Assembly (NCBI GenBank): GCA_028534125.1 | Contig: CM052817.1 | Location: forward strand, 1,676,001 to 1,740,000 | DNA: 64,000 nucleotides | Direction: 5' to 3' | Source: Lama glama | Lineage: Eukaryota | Part shown: positions 1-12,900 of the stretch, one piece after another | Layout of the letters: every line of letters starts with the position of its first letter | Numbering within the stretch: the stretch's first letter is position 1 | The notes under the pieces: model-generated | What the model saw: only the letters and a program-made list of their open reading frames with translations | Databases searched by the model: none | Told to the model about the DNA's origin: nothing | Made by a program: the position numbers and the translations under genes

Positions 1-3000
1 TTCTATAAATTAAACTCTAAAAAATGTATACATGAACAGTACTCTGCTAGCCGTCTCTGTCTTCCGTCCACCCAGATTCTCCTCACCGCTTACAAGTGTA
101 AACCGCCATTTCAGGTTCCTCGTGTGGAATTCCTGTGTTTATGCAGATACCAGCAAATACGAGGTTTTCCTCAGCACTCGTCTTCCCCCACCAAGCGGTG
201 CCGAAAGGACACTGTTCTCAGTATCTCGCTTTTTTTCGTTTGATAGTATATCCCTGTTTTTGTGACAGTGAGGCCATCTAAAAATTTGTGCGCTCACAAT
301 TACCATATAGCATAAAGGGTTTTCAGTCTCCCTCAGTGACATAGTTACTCCTCAGAGAATAGACCTTTGGCAGGTTTTCACTCAGACTAGTTCTTGTGAT
401 TTTAAATACTTCCTGCCTAGCCCTAGACAGGAAAACTGGCACCATCTTCAGAAGTCCCAGCAGTGGCTCAGATTTCAGCCTTGACATGTACAGAATGTGT
501 ATTTCTGAGCATGCTCAGCAGCTCTGTTGTTCTCACCGTATTAGCCCAGGCTGACTAGTGTCTTCAAAGCTTCCTTTGATCATTTGTCTTCTGCGGAACC
601 AGTTACTTCACAAGTAGGAACACTTAGTTACTGACCATTAAATTCTGATAAAACTGCCTATTTGTTTTTGTGTATTTTAATCTTCCTTACAGCTCTGCCA
701 AGCTTTCCACCTTTTCTCCTCCCCAGGACAGAAATCCAACTCAAACCCTACTTAGTAAGCCACCCTCATGGAGTGAAACTCAGGAAAAGTTCTGTTTCAG
801 TAAAACCATAAATTTTGAAAGTCTTTGTTACTTCAGCAGAAATACAATTAGAAATAGTCAAGCAATTGAAGGAAAGTAGCAGTATTGTGAATGAACAAAA
901 ATAGAGGAAGTGGCTGACACTGTCAGAGGATCAAGTCGAATTCTCCTTTTTGTCCTGCATGCAGTTGTCCTGGGTGTGGACCTCAGGGCACGGGCATCAG
1001 CGTAGTGACTGCAGTGCGGGCTTCCTGGACTGCGGTGGTGGTTTGTTACGGTGTGAGGCACCGCACGTACGATTGCTTCTCCAGGTTCCTCTCCTGAAAC
1101 CTGAATTGTGGAATTTCTGCTTGAAAGCACTTGTTTAAGTGTATACCAGTTAATATTTGCTCCCTTGCCACTGACAATAGTGAATGTTGCTTCAAATATA
1201 TATATTTTTGAAGTGAGGATGAAAGCAACATTTTGTGAACCTAGTTAGTAATGGAGATGATTTTGCACTCCTTTCCACCATGCATCCATTTAGCAGATGT
1301 TTCTTGAGGCCTGTTAGGTGCTCATTGGTTGGGGAGATACTGTGAGCTAGACGGAAGGCCCCAGTGTGCCGACCTGCCCTTGGCTGGCATCCGCGTTGTG
1401 ACTTCCCATGTGGCCGTTGATGGGTAAGCTTGGCTTTGAAATGAGTGGTCTTGGGACCGGGTCCTGATTTGGCCATTTATCTGTCTTGAGGCCTCAGGAT
1501 CTTAGAATTCAGAGTCAGTCCTTCCTCTGCAAATCAGCAACTCTTGCAGAGTTGTTTGAGCCAGTCTGAGGGAAGTCTGTGTAGCTTATGGCGCTGTCCT
1601 TATAAAAGTCGTGCTTGGTCGCTCTTCTGGATCCCTTGCATTTTCCTCAGCTGGATTTGGGAAGTCTTTGGTGTGGAGTTGGGGAGTCAGGAAGATGATG
1701 CTTACGGCTCTATCCTGTTTTCTCATTTCCCCCCCCCAGAGTGCTCTCTGATACATTGTCTCATTAGATTACGGAAACATTTTTACTTCATAGATGAAGA
1801 CCTCATAAGTGTTGAAGTTATACACTGGAACGAGTGGGTCTGACCACTGGGACCTGACTCAGTGGCCTGTCCACTGCCCACTACTGACCCTTGAACTGGA
1901 GAATGCTCTGGTCAGCGTAGGAAGACCACTTAGTGAGAAGCAATTAAGAGCGCAGTCTCTAAACCATAGTCTTAATTTCATATTCTTGCTTCTCCACTTA
2001 CGGGAGTGTGTTATTGTGAAGAACACACCGGAGGACTGTCTAAATACTGTGCTTGAAAGAAAAATAGCAGCAGGTATATAGCTACGTAAAAACTTAAGAA
2101 AACGTGGAAGACTGAGGCTGGCAACCTATTAGCAAACCATCATAAAGGAGAGAGCAAGCAGGAGGGCCTGCCCACATCACTCCTGCTGGAAGGAGCGTGT
2201 GAGTGGCAGCAAGGCCAGGAGGCCCTGCCTCGATTCAGTTTTCCTTTTTTTTTTCCCTTTCCTTTCTAACTTGCGCGTGCTGGGACACGTGGTGGTGAGA
2301 GGTGGTGTGAGGTATGGTTCAGAGCTCATCACCCTGGAACCAGGCGGCCTGAGTCTGACTCCAGCAACCCCACTAGACGGCTGAACGGCGTTGTGCCGCA
2401 GCTTCCTTATCAAGTGTAGGAAAAAAGGGGTTAATACACGTACAAATGAGGTTTAGATCAGTAGTTAGCGCTCCGTGAGCAGTACTTTTTCTAAAGGGAA
2501 CTTGGAGCAGTTTCATCTGAAAACATCTGGAGACACAGGAATAGACATGATCCGATCAGAGGCATTAAAGGCTTTCACTGTGCTCCGAGGCCCCAGGCGG
2601 GCGCACTCGGCTGGAAGCTGTGACAGGAACCTTGAGCAGAAGGTAGGTGTGTGTGTGGGTCCTTTCGGGAAAGTGGAGAAGCAGGCTAGTCACGTGGGCC
2701 GTGGGAGGTTGCAGCTCGTCGCGGTGTGTTCTGGTTTATTTGGGAGAGGGCTCCAGCGCTGGGTGCCTTTCTGTCACTAGCTGAGAGACTCCCCTTCCAC
2801 TGAGTGGCGCAGTCCCCTTCCAGAGTTGTAGGTTCTGAGAGCCTGGAATGAATTTCTGGGCGAGCCTTCTTGTCTCCCCACCCACGGTGCCAGACAGGGT
2901 GTGGACTGTCTGTGCAGCACTCTTCTCAGCCCTCTGCCTGCCCTTCGCCGTCAGCGCTGTCTCCTCCAAGCCTGTTTAAAATCTTGTCACTCTTTCCAGC

Positions 3001-3362
3001 TAAGGCTTTTTATTTTAGCCTGTTTTCTAGCTTTATTAAGGTATAATTGACAAAATTGTCCTATGTCAAAGTGTGCAAGGTGATGATTTGGTATGTGTGT
3101 GTCATCGGGAAATAATCCCTCAAATCCAGTTACTGAACACGTCGGTCCCTCACATGGCTGCCTTGCTCTGCTCTGTTCTGTTTTTGGTGAGACCGCTGTC
3201 TGTTTGAGGGTGTCCTGATGATGCTGTTTCTTTCTGGGTGCAAAGCTCATGAGCCCTCCCAGAGATGTTCATTCGCCAGGCGACTACCACCTGCCCCAAG
3301 CCAGCCTGGAAGGCCCTGCATAGCTCTAAAAGCATCTCTTTTGTGAAGCTTTCCTGACAGCC

Positions 3363-3810
3363 TGTTCTGTTAGTGCCCTGGGGCTGCCACAGCCTGGGCG
3401 GCTGCAACAGCACAAGTTGATGGTCTGCGTTCGGAGACCAGAAGTGCGAGATCAGGGCTCAGCAGGGCTGGTCCCTGAGTTGTGAGGGAGCCACTGGGCC
3501 AGGCCTGTCCCCCCGCTGCTGGTCTGCCGGCCATTTTAGGAGCCCCTTGGCTTGTCGATGCAGCACGTAAGCTGATCTCTGCCTCCGTCTTCACGTGGCA
3601 GTCCTCCTGTGTGTGTGTGTCTATGTCCAAGTGTCCCTTTTTTATAAGGACACCAGTCCTATTGGAGTAGGGACCCATCCTGCTCCAGTGTGACCTCATC
3701 TTAACTAATGACATCTGCAGTGACCCTGTTTCTGGATAAGGTCACATTCTGAGGTGCTGGAAGTTAAGACTTCAGCATGAATTTCAGAGGCACACAGTTC
3801 AGCCTGTATA
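3363..3810 (-). mobile_element. MaLR (MLT1-type) solo LTR
   Basis: Hallmark segments TTATAAGGACACCAGTC, TGACCTCATCTTAACTA and ATAAGGTCACATTCTGAGGT. Confidence 0.8.
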
Positions 3811-5460
3811 CCCTTCTCTCTGCTTTTTCTGCCTCCCTCTGGGCACTTTCCGCCTGCTCACGTGTAAGTAGATTTCTGTCATGGCACCAGGAGTGTTTAA
3901 TTACATCTGGGTAGCGTCTCCTCATTTTGTAATTGTTTTATCTCTGGTGCCTTGCATGTAATGTGGAAAGGAGCTCCGGTGGAGGTACGTTAAGTACCAG
4001 GAGTTGGTAGAAATGAAGGAAGACGCTGCAGAGGGCACCTCTCCCCTTGCTCTCCTATTGACAGTTCCAGCAGCTGTCAGGAGTTGGGCGTAAGGTGGCC
4101 CAGGACACCAGCAGAGGCTACCACTTTTATTACCACATGAGCATATTTGATGCCTCTTGGTTTATTTCCCATGGACTGGTAATTCATTACCACCTGGCAG
4201 CCATTTTGCTTTCTGAGGTGTGTTTTAAGAGCACATAGAAGCTGACAAGACCCTCTGGATCTTCTAGCTTACGGTTTACCCAGAGAATTTTGTTAATGGT
4301 CACTTTCTTGTTTCAGCTTTTGGTTTGAATGTTCCGTTTTTAGGGATTCAAAAGTAAGTCATGTGAATGGTTGGAATAGTTCGCAAAATGTCTGTGCCAG
4401 GAGGGAGATGCCAAGAAATAACTGACTCTGCCCCAGAGCTTCAGAGTTAGCTCATTAGATACGTTAGGGAAGCAAAAGTTTGTCTGTTCTCTGATCTGAG
4501 GTTTAGTTGCACGTCAGTGAGGATGAACCGCCTCAGGGCTGGAGTACCTTGGCTGCGAAAGGCACGCTTTTATTTCCAGAGTAAGTCACATGGTAGGCAG
4601 AGTGGTGTCTTCTGGGATGTTAGTAGAAGATTTGGGTGGTGAAGTCTTAAAATTTCCATTCACCCCAGTGTCAGTCTGAAGGCGTGTGCTGAGATGTGCT
4701 CACATGAAGGCAATGGAGACCAGCGTACGTAAGGTCTGGAGGCACTGTTTTCTCGGAGCAAGGAAGATCCTGGAGTATTTCAGAGACACAGAATAGAACT
4801 GTTTCGTGAACCCTGTTTTATCCTTCATCCAGCTTCCACAGTTGCCTCGTGTCTGGTCTTGTTTATTTGGGTAATGCATACTCTCTCCCTCAACCCTGTC
4901 TAAGTTTAGCCAACTCCAGATCCGTAAATACTTCTGTATGTATCTAATGCAAACATAATAATATTACACCTAAATTTTTTCACAATAGTTCCTTAATGCC
5001 ATCCAAGTCCAGTTAGTATTCAGATTTCTAATTGTCTCAAATGCCAGTCTTACATTTTTACGTTGTAATTTATTTGAGTCAGGATCCAGCTAAGGGCCTC
5101 CTGTCACCTGTCATGCTTTAATCAGGGGAATGAGTGACTTGATCTGACTTACATTTTGAAACTCTGACTTCTCTGTGGAAAATGGATTGCTGTGGGGGTT
5201 GTTAGGAGACTGGGAGTAGAGAAATCAGTTAGGAGACTGGTGGATGTCCAGGAGGTGAGTGGTACTTACCCAGATGAGAGCAGCATGGGAGAGGCGGAGA
5301 GCGTGGATGAATGTGGCCGCCACACGGGCGGGCAGGGCTCATCTGTCTCGGTTCTTTCAGACTTCTGGGTTCTGGAGGGGGTAGTGTTTGTTTATTTGAA
5401 AGTCTTGTCCCCGGAGGTTTCATTGATTTGGGTGGTGAAGTCTTAAAATTTTTACACAAG

Positions 5461-5693
5461 TTTTGGGGTGGGGAGTGGGAAGGGATAGGCTGGGATTTCA
5501 AAATTTAGAATAGATAAACAAGATTATACTGTACAGCACAGGGAAATATACGCAAGATCTTATGGTAGCTCACAGAGAAAAAATGTGGCAATGAATATAT
5601 ATATATGTTCATTTATAACTGAAAAATTGTGCTCGACGCTGGAATTTGACCCAACATTGTCAAATTATTATAAATCAATAAAAAATGTTAAAG
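5461..5693 (+). mobile_element. 5'-truncated L1 3' end (camelid-type) with target-site duplication
   Basis: G-rich tract, AAACAAGATTATACTGTACAGCACAGGGAAATATA and AATAAA tail; TSD aaatttttacaca at 5446-5458 and 5694-5706; TT/AAAA site. Confidence 0.8.
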
Positions 5694-7104
5694 AAATTTT
5701 TACACAGGTTAAATTATAGTGGCTTTATGGAGTACTGGGCTGGAGGAACACTAGTCCACACTTGTCTTGAATGAGTTTATTCAACTTTAATACAGCTCAT
5801 CTGCCATTGTATCATCTTGTCTGTGTGTGAATAAATGATAATACTGATAACTATATATAGTAGAATAGGAAATTTATAGCTTTTCACTTAAACATTATAA
5901 TCTTTTATGTATATTGTGTTGAAGAATCTTTGTAGTTTCATAATACTGTATTGAGCAGATCGTGTTACAACCATTCCTGTACCGTTGGACATTGATCTTT
6001 TTGAATTATTTTATTGTTTAATTACTCTAAGTACTGTTGCAGGAAATTTTCTTTGCATCTGTAGTTTTCTATTTTTTTTTTAAAAATTTGGATTAAATAA
6101 CTTCTTTGTAGAGATTGTCACAGAAAAGTCTGCTGTCTTAACACACACTTGAAGACTACACCCGTGAAACCGTGGAGCCATAATTGGTGAAAACCCAGTG
6201 CAGGTTTTGTGCTTTGAAAGTAGAATTACGCTTACTGTTGGTTATTGGGCTCAGAATGTGTGTACTTTGACTTTAAGTTTATAGGCTTCCTTGTTGAGGG
6301 AATGGAATGCGTGCATATCTGGTCTTCAGCCTTTATCTTATCCCATTCACGGGCAATCTGTAGTAAAAAGAAAGCATTTCTGCCTTATCTTTAACATGTT
6401 GGTTTTACAAAGATTCTTTTCTTTCCCTCAGCTGTGGGAACCAGGAAGCAGCTGTAGTTGCCTCTAAAATGCTCCCCTTTGTCCTTATTTACTGATGAAA
6501 GTGGCTTAAAATTGGAACTCATTTAGTAATAGAGAAGTCGTGATACTGTGTATCCTTTTGTCTTTTTTGCTTTTTTGGAAACACTGAAGTGGAACATTTT
6601 TATCGTTGGCTCAGAATGGCCAGCTTCATTTACATCTAATGAAGAAACGTGTCACAGCCATTAGTGTTTCGTCCTTTGGGTCATTCTTTCAGAACAAACT
6701 AGGTTGAACAGATGAAACTACACATTTTCAGGGCTCTGTTCAGAGAAGAGGAAGTCAGGTGGCGGCTTGCTGACCCCGGGCTGCCTGTAGTCCTTGGCTG
6801 CTTTGTGCTGTTGTCTTTGTCAATCAGCTGTTACTTATGTACTATCTTTAGATTTCAGGAAAGCAATGTCCAATTTGGTCTTTTGTTTAAATTTTTTTCT
6901 TCTATTCATTCTTTGGCTATTAGTACAGCAGAATATTTTTAAAAATTTAAAAATTGTACACAATTTTTCAAGGTTGCTTTCCATTTACAGTTATTATAAA
7001 ATATTGGCTGCATTCCCCGTGTTGTACATACATCCTGAGCCCATCTTACGCCTGTGAGTTTGTACCTCCCTGTCCCCAATGGTTTTGATAAACAAACTGT
7101 CCTT

Positions 7105-7270
7105 TAAAGCCTTGCTGTTCAAGTTGTGCTCCGAGTTCAGTGGCATTCGTATCACTTGGGAGCTCCTGAGACGTGAAGAATCTCAGGCCCCACCAGACCT
7201 ACTGGATGTGAATTTGTCTTTTAACATGATTCCCAGGCAGTTCAAATGCACATTAAAAAGCTAACAGTTC
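7105..7270. mobile_element. MER5A-like DNA transposon relic
   Basis: atcacttgggagct...gaatctcaggccccaccagacctact...ttttaacatgattcccagg. Confidence 0.6.
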
Positions 7271-7409
7271 CAGCCCCAGATTCCCAAGGTTGGGTCCTGC
7301 TGGTCAGGGCACCTTTGCGCCTGTGCCCTCAAGCCCGTCCCTTGGGGACATTGTTTCCCCTTGCTGCCTCTTCTGCTGCCGCCACCAACCGTCATCATTA
7401 TCGTCATCA

Positions 7410-7610
7410 TTTTTTGCAGTGTGGCTCAGAGGTTAAGAACAAAAGCTCTGCAGCCAGACGGCCTGTGTTAGAATCCCAGCCCTGTCGACTTCCATCTGAG
7501 TGACCTAAGTCCCCTGGTCTGTAACGTGAGAAAGCCAGAGCAAGTGGACAAGCCGAGGAGGTGAGAGGACAGAGCGTACGTAAGGAGCCGTGTCTGGCAT
7601 TCAGGTCTGG
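7410..7610 (+). mobile_element. MIR-like SINE relic
   Basis: gaggttaagaac...ctctgcagccagacggcctg...gaatcccagc core-like sequence. Confidence 0.5.
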
Positions 7611-7829
7611 CTGCTGTCACTCGCCTTCCTTTGTCATGAACAGTATTTTAGTTACCTGCTGCAGCAGGACAAACCATCTCAGGACCTTGCAGCTTAAAGT
7701 AGTTATTTTATTCATAGTTCATGATTTTGCGGGTCAGGAGTTTAGGCAAGGCTCAGCTGGGCAGCTCTGCTCTGTGTGGCACCCACCAAGGACGCTTGAA
7801 GACTTTCAGGCTTTTGATTATTTTAATTA

Positions 7830-8470
7830 AGTTCTATATTCTGGATGTAAATATCTTCTCAGATATATGATTTGCACATACTTTCTTCCATTTTATGGGT
7901 TTTTTTCACTTCCTTATTTATGTATTTTTTTTGATTCCACATATGAGCAATTTCATATGGTATTTTTCTTTCTTTTCCTGGCTTTCTTCACTTAGAACGA
8001 CATTCTCCAGGAACATCCATGTTGCTGCAAATTGCATTGTTGGTTTTTATGGCTGAGTAGTATTCCACTGTATAAATCTACCACATCTTCTTTATCCAGG
8101 CCTCTGTCGATGGACATTTAGGCTGTTTCCATGTCTTGGCTATTGTAAATAGTGCTGCTATGAACGTTGGGGTGCAGGTGTCATTTTGAAGTAGGGTTCC
8201 TTCTGGACATGTGCCCAGGAGCGGGATTCCTGGGTCCTATGGTATTTCACTTCCTTACGTATCCTTTGAAGCACAAATGTTTTTACTTTTGAGGAAGTCC
8301 AGGTCATCTCTTTTTTTCTTGTTGCTGTCTTTTTGGGGTTATGCAAGACTTTGCCTAACCCAGGGTCTTGTGGATTTACTCCTTTACTTTCTTCTAAGAA
8401 TTTTATAGTTTATGCAGTTACATTTAGGTCTGTGTTCCATTTGGAATGAATTTTTGTATGTAGTGTAAGG
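7830..8470 (-). mobile_element. Old L1 fragment containing a nested, younger L1 piece (7917-8244)
   Basis: Antisense L1 ORF2 3' motifs (GATGGACATTTAGGCTGTTTCCATGTCTTGGCTATTGTAAATAGTGCTGC); 13-bp TSD tttcacttcctta at 7904 and 8245. Confidence 0.8.
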
Positions 8471-9725
8471 GGCACCACTTACTTTTTTAGTTGCTGATTT
8501 AACCTTTTAAAAAAAAACACACCTACTTTGCTTATCCTCTGTGGCTTGAGGAACTGTTGTTCACTCACTCGTCATTGAAACTCTGTCTGTGGCTTCTGAG
8601 ACTCTTTCTCATCTTGCCTTTTGGTCCTTTCCTTCTTGTTCTTAATGTATTCAGATATTGTAATTTAGATACTGTTACATGATGGAAGCTGTTCTAGGTG
8701 CCTGTTCTGCCCTCCTCTTCTCAATTTGTATTCTGCTGCTGGCCAGTTTCCTCTCCTCTCCTGGGTTTAGCCAGCGTTTCTGTGCTAGTGAATTCCGGTC
8801 AACAACTCTGCCTTTCTCAGTGAGTCTGTCTCCCCTGCGAGACTGTTAGACTGTGAGTCCAGCTTCCCTAAAGTGAGGGCCACATCTAATTAATTTTGTG
8901 GCCAGCGGTGACTGACATACGATGCTCAGTAGATGCCGTATATATGTTGTTAAAGCTGTCATTTAGTGTTTTATAAAAGCAGAATAGAAATTGAACTATT
9001 TGTATGATTAGTAAAGGTGCTGTTTAGAGATTTACTAGTTAAAAGATGAATATAATTTAGTGCATTTGAGCATCATTTCAGATAAAAGACGGCAGTTAAA
9101 AAGAATGTAAATTAAGTAGCCATATTAGCAGATTTCTAAATTTGAGCCATTTGGGCATCTTTTGAGGTTATTGACAACCCAGGGCGTGGTGACATTTTCA
9201 GTACCTGCTGTTACTGTTCTTTGAACCAAACTGGTGGTGTTGATGAGGAACATTTCCCGTTTGTGTGAATATAGATGTGTGAGCAGCTTCTGTCCTGTTG
9301 CTCAGCCTGGGGAATCCTGTGCAGAATCGCCACCAATACTTTTTGGGGAAAATAGCATAAATCAAATTTTTCCGGAAACGAACTCTGCTGCTGTTAGAAG
9401 ACCCTGTCTGTGTGGGACACATGACGACTTTCGGCTCTCTGACGGTCAAAATTTTCCTAAGTTTGTCAGAGGAAATAGTAGCTTTGTGGGATTCTTCTGT
9501 TGTCGCTGAAGAAGAGCAAGGGCAGAACTGCCATGGCTGGTGGGAGGGTGGGAGATGGCTGGTCAGCCACAAAGAGGCCTCACACGTCATGGCTCTGGCC
9601 GATGGCCAGGGTCACTCAGGGCGTCCTTGGGCTGAAGATGGTATTTATCAGGCTGATGTGCTCATTGTGAAAGGCTGCTGGACATTGATTCAAAAACAAT
9701 ACTTTCTTTTATTTTGATTCTGTAG

Positions 9726-9940
9726 GAACCTAGAAAGATTGTGCAATGAATGGTGATACTCGGGCTGCAGTGGTGACCTCACCACCCCCGACCACAGTCC
9801 CTCACAAGGAGAGGTATTTCGACAGAGTGGATGAGAACAATCCAGAATACTTGCGAGAGAGGAACATGGCCCCAGACCTTCGCCAGGACTTCAACATGAT
9901 GGAGCAGAAGAAGAGGGTGTCCATGATTCTGCAGAGCCCC
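9726..9940 (+). CDS. ADD1: ADD1 exon 2 (first coding exon, ATG at 9746)
   Basis: tgtag acceptor, [10 protein letters not shown]...SMILQSP, gtaaga donor. Confidence 0.97.
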
Positions 9941-12900
9941 GTAAGAGGAGCCTTTCTCTGACCGCGTGTCCTCCTCCTTCCCTCCTTCAGCCTATCTGCT
10001 CTGCTGTGTGGTCACAGTCAGTTTTACTCACACAGCAAGTCAGCGCCAAGGGCTTGGAAAGGTTCATTAAGTTCGAGTTACCAGACACAATAAGCGGAAG
10101 TCTTCAGTGTCATAGAGGGCAGGAGGTGTCACTTTTCCTTTTTACCCTCACTGCTTCTCTGGAATCTTTAAATGCTGGGACTGTTTAAAAATGACTGATT
10201 CCTCCTAAACGCCTGGCCTGGGGCTGGGCTCCTAGTAGGTCTAGACGGCACCCGGTCACGGGCGGCTTTCACCGCGGTTGCGCGGCGTGCTGCGCCTCGG
10301 CCGCGCCCCGGGCCGGGCAGCGCTGCTCTCGGGCTCTCGCGCTGAGACTGCTGCCCCTGTGCGCTTCACTCTCTTTCTTTTTAACCTGTTCTTGTTTCGT
10401 TTCCTGAATATTTTGGGGTGTCATTTGACAGATAATTCATTGAGCTTTTTAAAAATTTTAATTTATTTTTTATTTTATACTTTTTTGGGGGGGTTATTTG
10501 TTTATTTTTAGAGGAGGTACTGGGGATTGAACCCAGGACCTTGTGTCTGCTAAGCACGCACTCTACCGCTGAGCTGCACCCTGCTCCGTGAATTTTTTTT
10601 AGTGGTAATCAATCCATCTCCAAGCAACTGGGGATTTAGCAGTAAACAAGACATACAAAGCTTTTTCGTTTGGTTATTATCATTCATCTATCGTTTTTCA
10701 ATAATATAACTGACAGTAGAGTGCACGGGTCTCAAGCATACGGCTTGATGAGGTCTGACATGCAGGCAGCACCCGTGTAGGCGCTCAGGTCGCCTCAGAC
10801 TTGCGTTCTAGTCGAAGGGGATAAGCAGTGAGCAACAGACAGAAGCGAAGGGCAGGAAGCAGTCGGCTGGTTAAGTTGTGCCGGTGATTAGAACAGGCCT
10901 TTCTGAGTAAAGGAGTGATGGGAAGGAGCCGGGACTGGGGGAGACGCATTCTGGGCTGAGGGAGCTGCTCATGTGAAATTCCCAGGCTAGGCATGAGCTT
11001 GAAAGAGTCGGAGGCAGCCGGGTGGTCTGAGCATAGGAAGCGAAAGGCAGGAAGGTGCAGCGAGGCTCGAGGGGCGGGGGAGCAGGTCCTGGGAGGCAGT
11101 GCGAGCTCAGCTGAGGAGCTTGTCTTACATCCAGAGTACAGTTGTCATTGGAGGGTTGCAGACGGGAATGACACGATTCAGTCTTTGAATAGCTCATTCT
11201 GGTTTGGTGCAGAGGGAATATCATGTGGGGCAAGAGAGAACGCCGTCTCCCAGATGCGGTGATGGGAGCATGGGCCAGAGTGGTGGTGGTGGAGGTGGGG
11301 AGAGGTAGACCCATCTGAGTTTGACTGTGAGGGTAGGGTGAGTAGGATTTGCTGATGGATGGGGAGGAAGAGGTGGGAGGAAATGAAGAATCAGAGCAAC
11401 ATGTGGACTTGGCTCAAGTATTTTTCCTGGTGAAAAGCAAACAGCAGTAAGTAAAAGTCACCTGGGATAGAGTGAAGTAGCAACTTACAGCAGCTAGTGT
11501 GCACCAACGCCACGCTCAGCACTGGGGTGTGGAGCTCCCGCCCGCAGTCGCTTAGAGCCCAGCAGCATCAGAGTGTTCCTGACGCAGGTGCATCCAGAGA
11601 AGGGCCACCAGTGAGAAGGCTGGCAGGACCCGGGGCCTTGCTGGGTAGGGCGTGCCTGGGCTGGCTTCTTGGTTCCGGGCACGTAGTGGTTCACCCACAG
11701 TGAGGGGTGGGCAGGCGCCCTGTGGACGCAGGTGCTATAGTTGGCGGACGTGAGAGGGAACCTGTGAGAGTTCTTCAGAGTGGCTCTGTTCTCGGGGATA
11801 GCACCTGGAGTCACTGCTGAGGACAGGCGCCGGGAGCAGCGTCAGAGGCTTGAGGAGAGAGAAGGCATGAAGGGGAGGTGAGGGAATGGGTCAGAGAAGT
11901 CGAGGGCGGTCTTGGGTTCGTGTGAAGGGTGCACTCAGGGCAGTGGCCCTGAACTTAACGTGAGGCAGCGCAGGAGTCTCTGCCTTTTCCCTACAGCCAC
12001 TTCCAGCGGCATGAGTAGAAAGGGTGAGGAGCGAGCTTTACCCAGGACTGGGATTTTGCCGGATGAAATGGTAGAGCTGAAGTTGTGAGCCAGGGAACGG
12101 TTACAGTGTTAAACCAGGGGCCTAAGCTGAGTGAGGGGCCGGGACACAGGAAAGGTGAGGGATGATGACAGGGTCTTAGGATCACTGTGGGCTGAAGAAG
12201 GGTGCGCTGGACACTAGGAAGAGGTGTCTGCAGGGCACAACCTTGGCTCTGAGATTGAAGAGGGACGCAGTTACTGGGAATGAGCAGGTCCCTGGGGCAC
12301 AACCACGGAAACAGGAGGCCGAGGTGAGTTGGAAGACGGTCATTGGAGGAGAGGCGATCAGGAAGCTGAGAGGGGAGGGTATGGATGTTGGCCCACCCGG
12401 GATTAGGACCAGGCGAGTGCATGAGGTCATTGGCCAGTGACTGCTGGTTGGGGCCAGAGTCTGGGACCCAGGTGGACAGCCCCGGGCCTCACTGACATTG
12501 CTGAGCTCGGCTCTGGACTGCGTGTGTGGGTCATCGGGGTTGCTATTGGTACAGAGGCCCCTTGTAGTGTTGTTTTTCTCCTTCTGTGTTTTCCTTACTA
12601 AGTTTTAAGTTCATTAATGGCAAGGCCGTTTTTTCCGTCTATATGTCCTCAGTGCCTAGAACAGTGTCATTTAATTTTTCTTAGCCTTTTGTACTGTATG
12701 TGCACAGCATTCCATTGTAAGGTGAGTCAGTATATTTAATCAGTCCTCTGCTGTTTAAAGTGTAGACTGTTACCTGTTTTCCCCTTTACTAGTGATGCTG
12801 GAATGAGCATGTAATGAATAAGTCTTTGAGCACATCTCTGATTAGTTCTTTAGAAAAGATTCCTGGGAATAGAAGGCCTGTTCAAATTCTTAAGTGTCTA

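Noticed and set aside
10515..10587. tRNA-like sequence with A and B boxes
   Set aside because: Followed by an A-rich tail and lacks an intact cloverleaf; it is a SINE head, not a tRNA gene
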